Shown here: one piece after another, positions 53,845 to 64,000 of the stretch
Numbering within the stretch: the first letter of the stretch is position 1
Layout: every line of letters starts with the position of its first letter
NCBI GenBank assembly: GCA_965655095.1
Contig: OZ296656.1
Coordinates: 40,920,001 to 40,984,000 of the forward strand
Direction: 5' to 3'
Length of the DNA stretch: 64,000 bases
Source: Haplodiscus bocki
Taxonomy: Eukaryota
The notes under the pieces: model-generated
Seen by the model: only the letters and a program-made list of their open reading frames with translations
Told to the model about the DNA's origin: nothing
The model's database searches: none
Program-made: the position numbers and the translations under genes

Positions 53845-53917
53845 TGGGTCTAGACTTTACATGTAAACAAACTGTCTAATGTCTAGACAGTTTGTTTACA
53901 TGTAAAGTCTAGACCCA
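53845..53917. repeat. Perfect 34-bp inverted repeat with 5-nt loop
   Basis: tgggtctagactttacatgtaaacaaactgtcta-atgtc-tagacagtttgtttacatgtaaagtctagaccca. Confidence 0.97.
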
Positions 53918-55399
53918 TGTAAAGTCTGACTTTAAAAAACTTTTCTTTAGTGATATTACATTTTCGATTCTACACGCGAACAATAGTCCAAATATTCAAG
54001 ATTGTTAACATTTTTTCTTCGCCAAATGAAACAAGAGATTGAGGCAATCACGAATAGTATAGTTGCTACTTTTATACTTTTCATTAAACTTGTTTTAATA
54101 TATCTGTGGCGATTGTCAGAGAAGTGTAATCCGATGAGGAGTGTAACGTAAAGAGTTCTTTATCCATACCTAAAGACGTATTTAGTCAAGAGTAAGAGCG
54201 TTCCGCGAGACGTTGCCTTCAGTTTGGGATCTGTCTTAGTGGCATGGGAAGACTTCCATGCGCTTTCCGATTTTGAACGTTTCGAATTACATGTCTGTGC
54301 GAGCGAAGTTTTGTCCTTTCTCGGTTGTGAAGACATAACCTTATCGGAGAACAACTGGATCCTATGTCAGTATTAGAAACGTTGGAGTGGTATTGGGGAA
54401 TAGTAAGCAACCCACAGTCTCCCCGCCACAAGGAATTGACCCCACTCTCCCCATTGTCAAACCCACTGCGCGAAAATAGCGATCGGCGTACTGTACGACT
54501 ACAGTGGACGCGAAACTTGCATGAAAAGCCTGCCTGTTTTCTCTCCAAAATGTCCCGCTGCACCGAAGACGAAAATTGCACGATGGTTCAACATTCGTTG
54601 CAGAAGTCCAGGCACTCTATCTATCACATTTATAAACATTTTCTGTTGTTTTAGATTAAATTTTATGACCGCATTGTACCTTTTAATTCGCCCTTGAAAA
54701 TAGTTGTTTCATTGCATCAAAATAGAATGACCTCTTTCCAAAATCAGTGAGACAAGTGCACAAACTTTGAATTGCCATTCTTCAATCCATCAATATAATA
54801 TGCGTTTGTAGGTGATCGGCAGTTGAAACTAAAATAAAACTTCAAATATATCGCTCATGTGGCTGTATCTGATGTGGCTCAAACATCTGGCTCATGTCAA
54901 GCTGATGACTGGAAAATTGTTGAAAGACCACTAGAGGAGGGTAAACACATAAGCAAATTTCACTGGAAAACGAACGCGCAGAGTACAAATTCAATGACAG
55001 GTACACAAGAATCTAATGACAATAACTTCTAGATACTCTATAAATAATTTTTTTTAAGATGATGTGACGATCATAAACGAAACAATCGTAAACAAGGTCA
55101 AGTTCCAGACGGAGAATTGGTTTAAAATTTCTCACCGTTTGAATGCAGTTGAGTCGATTCACCGGAAAACTTACAAAGTCCGATCTCTGGAGCAAGAACT
55201 TTGCTATCAAAAAATACTTTTACTGCCATCTTCGCAATGAATTTCCTAATCTTACAATAAAAACGGACCACAGGAGTTGTATCGGATGTTACTTCAGGTG
55301 TGCTTGTTTGGCACAAATGAAAAAACATATGGAAGAGAAACATATTTTACCAACGCTAAACTCTGCATTTATTGCATTAGTCTCTTCCCTGTACAATGA

Positions 55400-58300
55400 C
55401 ACTCAATAAACATTTGCAAGAATTTCATTCTTTAACCCCGTTACACAAACCCAAGTTTGAAATAGTAAATCAGCAAGAGCATCAGCTTTCGATTGTACTG
55501 TCCAGAATTATTTCTTCAAACCTGAAGGTGAATACGACTTCCTACAATTTATGGTCGACTGAAAGCAGGAAATTAAACAGATTCGAAGGTGTTCAGAGAC
55601 TAAAGTGAAATTAGAGAGAGGCTGTTCAGGTGGAACCAAAAAAGTTTGTCTGTCGGCAAACTTGAAATTGGGAAAGCCCGAATTAGAAACTGAAGACTCC
55701 ATTGATCCTAAAATTCCCGTGAGCTCTCAAATGGAAACGGTATACTTGGGTGGAGACTCACTGAGTGAACATTTTGACAATATCGGATCAAATGTTATCA
55801 AACCTCTTCAGTTTCACTTCTCATGGAAGTGGGTGGATGCTGATAGAAAGGAATGGTGTTTATGTCAATCTAGTTTCTTACGTTCCAATCAGAAGATCAT
55901 CTTACCTTCCCCGGGGAGCAACCCTGCAAAGTTTGAATTGCCTGTGAAACATACGGCACCGAGTGGAAACAATTGTTGTGTTTACTGTTTCGTGGCGACT
56001 TGGCATTTCACTTTTGCTCAAACATCTTACGATAATGTTGGCGGATGAAAACAAACGCCAATACTTAGTCGATCAAACCTCAGGGCACATCAACCACTCG
56101 GCGAATTTGAATGGCGATGGCAATCAACCAAATTCCGAGGCTCGAGAACCTGAACAAAGTACAAATCAATGTTTTCCGGTCCCAGGCGAAATAACTCGTA
56201 CGACTCAGATTCTCTTATGTATTTAGACGAGACTTAGTATTCATTTTCCATCTCTTTTTTTTTTCAGATGGTCAGAGTAACCATTATATTTTGATTATTG
56301 GTTAGCAGGTGAGAGCAACAAGTTCCACTCTCTAAAAGTAAAACATGTTGCAATTGCTTCCATGTTCGTTAAACTACTGAAATTTTAGAGAAACATTGAA
56401 ACTTGTATGCAAAATGAAGCGGCAAAACTAAAAACTTACAGGCGAAACTAACAACAGTTTCCAGATTCAGATATCCCAATCGCAGTAGATCACACCCTGT
56501 TTTATATACACCGACTTTGAATCGCCTATCAAACCCTTGGCAACATGCTCTAACACTGTCAATAGAAGTACAAACGACATTAGAGAAACATATGAGCGTT
56601 GTGGATGGTGCTGAGTTGGTATTGAGCGTAACCCAGAGCCGGTGATCTTCAAATTAGAAAGGTGGCCTGATTGAACGAACATTTTTTGAAAACTTGCAAA
56701 AACTCGCAGAAGGTTTTGATGACTTGAAGCAGCTACCAAGAAATACTGGATCACCCCAGTTTCTCTCTGATCAGTGCTGGCTTTGTGGAAAAGAGTAACT
56801 AGAAAGCGATAAGGTTGTGGATCCTTTTCATGCTAGCAGAATTTTTGTGGGCTTCGCCAGAAGTAATTGCAACCTCAAACGGCGCACATTCAATTACATT
56901 CTTATAATCGCTCATAATCTATCGAAATATGATTTGCATTTCCTTCACAAAAATTTACACCTCGCAGATAGTAAAGATCAAGTAATTTAGGGAACAGATG
57001 AAAAATACATTTTGCTTTCCATCGGAAGTAAAGTTGTCTTTTACACGGACCGCTTGTGTTGCTGAGAAAACACTTTTACCAGTATTTGCTTTTCGTTGAC
57101 GCTTACAGATTCATGGCTCCATCTTTGGATGGAGTAAAATTGTTATCTCAAGAGAATTTCACGCTCCTAGACAACCATTTTCCTCAACATCAGTCAGAAG
57201 ATTTACTACTACTCCATCGGAAAGGGTTTTACCCTTACTCTTACTTCGACTCAGAGAACTTTCAGGAGAAAGCCTTGTCGAATTTAGTCAAATGGACTGA
57301 ATTCCTCCATGAGGGCGGTGTGTCATAATTTTCGGAGAACTTGAAACATGCAGGCTGAGTCTTTGAGAAGTTTAAGGGCGAGGATCTTGGCATCAGTAGT
57401 TGAACAGTTTCGCAAAGTGACCATTCCGTTTACTGATTGGGTAGCACTCACTATTATACATGTTCACATTTATCGGGTGATGCTTCCATCCAAGTGGTCC
57501 CGGCAAAAGTCAACTGCTCACCGAGCGGACACACTTAGAGATCGCTAAAAATTTCATCGTAGGCGGTGTGTCTTCAATGTTTCCAAAACGATTGCCTTAA
57601 TGAACAACAAGTATCTCGAGTCGTTTGTTGACAATAAAGCAACAACATATGGTATACTGGTACACACGAACGTGCTCTATGGTGGACGCATACAAAGGTT
57701 TCCGCTTCCGCTTGGGGGGCTCAAGACAGTAGCCGTCGAGCTCAGCGCAGTTCTATGAACTCGAAACGACTCTGAAATAGTTACGTGTTGGAAATGCATT
57801 TGGAATATCCTGATTGCCTCCACAAAATGCGCAGACTTTCCATTGGCGCCAACGGAAGAACAACTCCATCGCAACATGTTGTCTGAATATCATTGAGCTT
57901 CTTGGACCAGTCAGGCTAAAGACGCGTCACCACGCCAAAAATTACAAACTTTTTCCGCAAAGAAGAATTACATTGTTCATTTGATTGCACTAAGACTTTA
58001 CGGGGATCTGTTTCTCAAAGTAACTTAGTAACACGAGTCCTACACTTCAAACAACAAAAATGGCTCCAACCCTACATCAGCTTGAACACGAGGATGTGAG
58101 CATAGTCGATCAACTAATTGGAAGAATCTTTTTAAAAGTTGATAAATAATTCTTGCTATGGTAAGACGCTGGAGAACAAAACAAACAGAGTCAATATGAA
58201 ACTTGTTAAGACAAGAGGAGCCGTACTTAAAAACTCTGAGAGGTCCGATGGAATATGTCGAAGTTTTCGATGAAAATCTGGTAGAAATTACATGTCGCAG

Positions 58301-58950
58301 AGGAAAGATTTACTGGGATACGACAACTTTTGTAGGCGCCCGCATCCTTGACTTAACGAAATTCCATTTATTTGAATTTCCCTACAAGGTAAGCGTAACG
58401 TTTTGAAAAGCTATCCTTAATGGAACGAAACGGTGTAAACACGTTCATTTTCAAGTGATGAAGACATTTGCCTGTTCACTAATGTATTCCGACGCACTCG
58501 TTTCTGTATGTTATCAGAGTAAAAGTTTTCAATGAGCTAATAACAAACGACACCGTCCTCCCAAATAAGTCTGACGTTTGCAACTTTCCCACTGAGAACC
58601 CTCTGCACAGCGAGGCTAACAAGATGACAACGCCAACCCTCAAAAACGAAATGGCTGGAAGAGTTGTACGAGAGTTCGTTCGTCCATATCCTAAAATGCA
58701 CTTAATTGCCTATGAGAACAAGCAGAATGTCCGCGAAAAGCATTTTTCGCTCCGTACAAATGTTACTGGAACATGATCTGTACAAACGTATTTTACTAAC
58801 CGGTCGCCAGACGAGGTCAAACAACATGCGAGTTGGCTCAACAAATTTTGGCCTCCAAACAATTCGCTACAACAAATTTTTTCGGTGTCTCCAGTGACAA
58901 GCAATTTCTCGTGAATGATAAAATACATCATCTTTCTTTCCGTCAGCATG
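55400..58950 (+). pseudogene. Polinton protein-primed DNA polymerase B with endonuclease VII-like insert
   Basis: GSGW..SSY, IYTDFES (Exo I), CWLCGK..KVVDPFH..GFARSNCNLKR (EndoVII remnant), AHNLSKYDLHF (Exo II), FVDAYRFMAPSLD, RKGFYPYSYFDS, GGVS, DFPLAP, KNYIVH, FKQQKWLQPYISLNT, KLINNSCYGKTLEN (motif B), VGARILDLTK, MYSD, KNEMAG. Confidence 0.92.
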
Positions 58951-59544
58951 ATGTTAGGGAGTAGCAACTGTATAGAGATACTGTGAGACGTTGAATGGGG
59001 AAATTAAAAACCAGATGTGACCTCGGAAAGCAATCCGACTTGGTCCATCCTGCTGAGACTTTACAGTGTCACCTAGCAGTAAAGTGCCATCTTTTTCAAA
59101 CTAATATGCAGATCAGGAACGAGCCAGCTATCGAATGGAACCACAGGTGTCGTTAGCGATTTTCCTTTTCCTATACGTGGCATGCGTCAAAGAGATTACT
59201 GAGAACATGAACTAGATGAAATCTTTGACTTTGATGAAGAACCGATTGCATACTCTAGTCCGAAGCAAGGAGCCTCTTTCATTGATGATGAAGCTGAAGA
59301 AGGTTCATTCCAAGAGTTTGATTGTGAGTACGGCGACATTACGATGAACTGTAGTCCAATGAATGAAATGACCTGTCACCTCCGAGATCACCCTCCCTGC
59401 CCGACTTTCAGCTGACAAAAAAAAGCTGTTATCATCTCGAGTGCCCCTGTAAAACTCTACTCAAGCAATCTTTTAGGCAAGACTTCCCTTTGGATGACAG
59501 CTAAAGCTTTTGCTGTAACTCTTCAGAAATGAAACTTGCGAATC

Positions 59545-59960
59545 CTCACCCCGGAAAAAATAGCACGCGGAAAAACTTCTGGAAAATAGCACACGTAAAA
59601 AGCCCCTGGCAGTAGATCATGCAAAGAGCCGCATCAAAATAACTCACAGAAAAAGTCACAGAAAAAGATTGCAGTGAAAGAGCTCGTCGGAAGAACTCAC
59701 GAAAAAAGCCCCGACAGCGGGTACGGAAAATTTCCTCTCAGAAGAGCGAACGGAAAAGGCCTCGGCCGAAAATCACGCGGGAAAATCCCCATAATAGCTC
59801 ACCACCGCACTGAAATAACCCCAGCAGAGTGCGCATAGAAAAAGCACCAGCAGAGCAGCTCACGGGAAAAGCCTATACGGAATAGCTCGCAAATTGCTGC
59901 AGCGGAGTGAACGTACCGAAGAAAAAAATCGAAAAAATTTCCAGCCTTACGCAATACTGC
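59545..59960 (+). repeat. Degenerate minisatellite-like array
   Basis: Recurring unit approximating aatagctcacggaaaaagcccc at roughly 25-30 bp spacing. Confidence 0.7.
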
Positions 59961-62949
59961 TCGGGTAAGAGCTGGTTGAGAGCCCCAAAGGTGGCAAAAG
60001 TAGGTGTCGTGGGGTTCCGGACACACTACAAGGGTGAAATTTTCGCTCAAATGTCTATCGTGTTTGCAGGTGCGAAGAGAATCGTGCTTAAAATGATAGG
60101 TTTGAGAAAAGACAAGTTTGTTCATGAAATTGCATGAGTTTAACTGTCCCAATCATGAAATAAACCTATCCCTTCACCTGCTCCGAGAATTGGAAAAAAA
60201 TGAACTTTAAGTCCTTCAATTGATATTTCGAAAATAAGCCCAAAACCAACTTGATGCTTGTTTTATACTGAAGTTTGAAACCTTTTGAAAAAGTGATTCG
60301 CGTTTAAGACTGAATTCAGAGGAAGTCAAGATTCTTCGGAATCGTGAAACATTTAATTTCATAAATGCATGGATGAGCGCTTAGATTAACTTTAATTCAG
60401 TTCCGGATTTACAAATACCTTCTATTCGAACTAAACAGTTTTTGATACCGCCGGCTGTCTTCGAGATCTTCCGAGCAAGAAGAGTAATCTGCGCTCCTGG
60501 GGAGGCACTGTGGAGTCCAGTCACCTCGGGTTCTGGCTCGTGATGGACCCTAATTCGGGCGCGAGATCCAATCGCATAAAATGGCACAGTGTGTGTTTTC
60601 TGTAGATCCCAAGATTTATAGGGAATCTTTTCCGATAGGCCCTTCCAGTAGCTGCCATCACGGCAAAGGTTTCCTGTCTATTAGTCTTCTCCGAATTCGT
60701 TATCTCCCGCTTGGTCGCTTACAATAAAACTTGTCCGCCTTCGAGCCCTATTGGTGCTCGTATTGGTCTGGATGATGCGTGGTGTTACTTTCAGTTGTGC
60801 CTGTTCCATCGCAGGTAATAGTTTTCTCTCAAGGTTGAAAACCAGCTGTTTTGTTCGTTGGAATAACTCTGGAGCCAAAAGTGTTTTGTAAAGAATCGAA
60901 AACTTGAAAATTAATGCATTCTCCAATTTTTAGGATTGAAATTAGCAACAAATATCTTCAAATAATCTCAACATGAAGTAGGAAAGACTTCTGAAAATTG
61001 GAAATGACATATTACTCAGGTGGTAAAATTTTTGAACGACGGAAGTTGTTCGTATGTATAAAAGCTTTTTTTCGGGAAGTTTTTAATAGGAAGAAAATTG
61101 TTAGCGGAAAATTCACCAAGAATCTTAATGCTTGAGACTGACGCATGTAGACTGCCTTGGTCCGAACGATAAATTTTTGGCATTAGTAGAAAAATCTTGT
61201 GTTGTATGTTAGCTTCCAGATTTAGCTTTTGTGATTACATAACCACTTCGAAAGAGAAGTGTGGTCCATCTTTGGAAAGAGCGAGATTAGTAGAAGCGGG
61301 CATGGACGCTTCTTCTTCACCTAGGTCGCTGAGTGAACAACCCTGAAATACTAGCAGTCTAGTGTAGGTTACATGTGACTTTTGTTCACAAACTAAATTT
61401 CACCCGGGAGATACCTGTTCTGGATTAGGGATTCACATGCGAAAAAAATGACCTAATTTTTGGTTTTACCCGCGAAATAACATTTGACTCCCTATACTAC
61501 TTCAGGGGCTAAATGGACAAACAACTTCAATTTAGTGCACCCAAATGAGCCTTAACAATCCACCAAAGACATGGTCATCGAAATGGGCCCAAACTTTATT
61601 GTTTCAAAAGGCGCGTTCTTCCGAGGTAGTGATTTGTCATCCGAATGTTGAAACTTCTAAAACATCGATAAAAGTAGAAAAGGAATGTTATGCTGCCTTG
61701 AGTCTCCTGAAATTTTTGGCTTCAACAGTTTTATGGGAATTCAACTCAAAAAAAGGTGGATCTTATAATAACTGAAAGTATACAAAATTCATTCACTTCA
61801 GATAAGTAGTGTAAACTTTGAAGCACTTCTTTTTCCTGAAATTTATGAAATGCAAATGTTTCGGCAAAGAATCGAAGCTACAAAGATCTATCCGAACGTT
61901 TTTGTGTATCTTTTTTTCAGTTTGAAATTTTTGAGAAAAAACAAGTTGCGTTGAAAATGGCCAAAATCGACGTAGTCCTAACTTTTCAACTTTCGGTCGG
62001 ATTTCAAAACAAATAATATCAATAGAAGTTCATGAAAAGTGCAAGAAACTTTTTCTTTTACTGTTTTTTCGTAAATGGCATGCGCTTTGAGAGTTGTAGT
62101 TCCAACTTTCTCAGTTTTTGCTCGGGAGTTTACGTAAATAAATTCAGTACTGTTGACTGAAATAAGTAAGAACATGATCAGCACTTCCGCCAAATTGAGA
62201 CTAGTATAAAATTGAAGCAACCAAATAAATTATCAATCTACACTTGTGAAACCAAACATCAACAATTAGGAGACTTCGTTTGTTCTGTAAGTCAACACAG
62301 CGGTGGCAGTACGACAGTTGTTTTGGGTATTGTGCTAGAAAGTCTCTGGAAGCTAACTCTTTTATCTTAGTATTCTAGGCGCCCTGCTTTGTCTGGCGGA
62401 CAGATGATGCGTGAATTCTAGTAGCAAGGACTTTTGAGTGATGAAGGGGGATTAGACATGAACAAATCATTTATTCAGTTCACAAAAGAAAAAATTGAGA
62501 GCATTCAACTGAATTGAATTGCAACTGTGCAAATTGAGGGGACTGATTCAGCGTGAATGTAAGAATCGGACAGGTGAATTTTATACTAGCAACAATCAGT
62601 TCTTACATTGAAACTGCAAATAGTTGCATTGCTAAGTTTTTTTTTTTATAAAGAGCTCGAACGAAATTCGTAGAAATTGCAGTTTGCTTTTCCAAAAGTT
62701 ATATCGACCAAGAGTTTAACAGACAAAAGATCGAATCAATTACTCGACGACATATAACACAGTTTCTACAAATCCAACCTGTGAATGATTTTTTTAATCT
62801 ACCAGAAATGGGGGAAAGATACATGACCCACACTAAAACCAATTTAAGAATCAGCAAAATCAGTAAAAGCTTTCATCCAATCCACTAAAAGAATCAATTT
62901 TATCCAGTTTGTCAAGAAAACTTTATAAATCTTTTCAGGCGCTTCTGAG

Positions 62950-64000
62950 AATAATTATAAAATAAAAACAGTTTTTGAGATTTTTTTTGTGTGAGATTTG
63001 GGCTTGGGCAAATATTTTCGTTTTCGCTTTTTTCTAGCACTTTGCTTTTCGTCTTGTTTGTATGACTTTTAGTTTTCGCTTTGCTTATAATTAATATCTA
63101 TTTCATCTTTTTGTGTACACTCGGTGACTGGCAATCTTCTGTCACCCAGCTAAGATCTCAAGATTCCTTCGTGATCGGTCAACGGGCAAAATGGAGCTTT
63201 GATTTCGAACAGGAATAATTTCATCAGACTTCGTCTCAAGTATAGACTCAGGTAACATGCGATTCGCAATCTACTGAGACAGGTCTCTTAGCGTCTCTCT
63301 GTTCTATCAGCGAGTGAAATATCAAGGTCAAACTGCGAGTTCGAAAAGAGATATTACATGATTATTAGCTTTTTTTGATTTAAGTTTTATCTAAATACCA
63401 GTACCATGCTATACACAGGCTACTTGGTTAACTCTCTCATTTTGTCCCGTTTCTCCAACCAAGACTAATGTCTAGTGGAATTTGTGGGGAAATTTTATTG
63501 TGACAAGAGATTTTTCCCTAGATCCGCGAATTGAAATTTATCTTCAGATTCCACCAGCTTAGAACTTTTCGTTGAGAAACCAGCGGTTATTTACGTCTGG
63601 ATGATAAAATAGGTATTGAGGAGATATATTCCCTTATTCTCGACTAACGAACTTCGTAACTTACGGATACCGTCGATGGATTCGTGATCTGCGTGAGGTT
63701 GTTTTTGGGAAGATCTTTTTATAATTCTAACTTGCAAGAGGGAACTGAACAGAACTCTAGGCTAACAAGAATTGATTTGTCATGGAAACTGTTGGAGGAA
63801 TTGTGGCTACGACAAGAATTAGTGTTTTCTGAGAAAATTTTCAGCGGAAAGAGAGATTTGGGGCGCAGACAAGAAATGAGTTTGTCTCACATTACTTTTT
63901 GGAAGAATGGACGTGGGCTTCTCTGGGAATGGTTTGTCCTGGAAATGCAAATTCAGGAGGTATGGGACTTAGAATAATTGTCCAGGGTTTGAGTAACGAG
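62950..64000 (+). repeat. Second, diverged copy of the 10.6-12.4 kb repeat (runs off the window end)
   Basis: Collinear shared blocks as listed for copy 1. Confidence 0.75.

Larger units (their letters stand above)
46400..59420 (+). mobile_element. Polinton/Maverick (endogenous polintovirus/adintovirus-like), heavily decayed
   Basis: Clustered remnants of packaging ATPase, rve integrase, capsid genes, adenain protease and pPolB. TIRs and TSD not found, so ends are approximate. Confidence 0.9.

Noticed and set aside
59545-59960. CRISPR-like repeat/spacer appearance
   Set aside because: Units are degenerate with irregular spacing, there are no cas genes, and the context is eukaryotic.
60400-62450. 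Possible small exons of a minus-strand gene (e.g. acceptor tatttcag near 61344)
   Set aside because: Could not assemble a consistent spliced ORF or recognise a domain.

Overview
AT-rich eukaryotic (animal-like) genomic DNA dominated by transposable elements, with one assembly gap (200 N, 2861-3060). There is one clear host gene, a 4-coding-exon STKLD1-like pseudokinase with an ARM-like C-terminus (31810-35266, +, 642 aa after splicing). Mobile content: a degenerate BEL/Pao LTR retrotransposon whose probable 3' LTR carries a tRNA-like Pol III promoter (3.7-6.85 kb); a decayed Polinton/adintovirus-type polB with N-terminal C2H2 fingers and a Vsr-like insert (16.5-20.8 kb); three CR1/L2-type LINE copies (21.4-29.9 kb); and a ~13-kb decayed Polinton/Maverick with ATPase, integrase, capsid, adenain protease and an EndoVII-containing polB (46.4-59.4 kb). 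MITEs, hairpins and dispersed repeats fill much of the rest. The most unusual structure is the near-intact LINE at 25.1-29.9 kb (-). It has three ORFs: a stand-alone SGNH esterase ORF0, a PHD/coiled-coil ORF1 and an APE-RT ORF2. An identical 19-nt palindrome-containing motif precedes both ORF0 and ORF1. All protein calls come from motifs recognised by eye, no searches were run, and boundaries of decayed elements are approximate.
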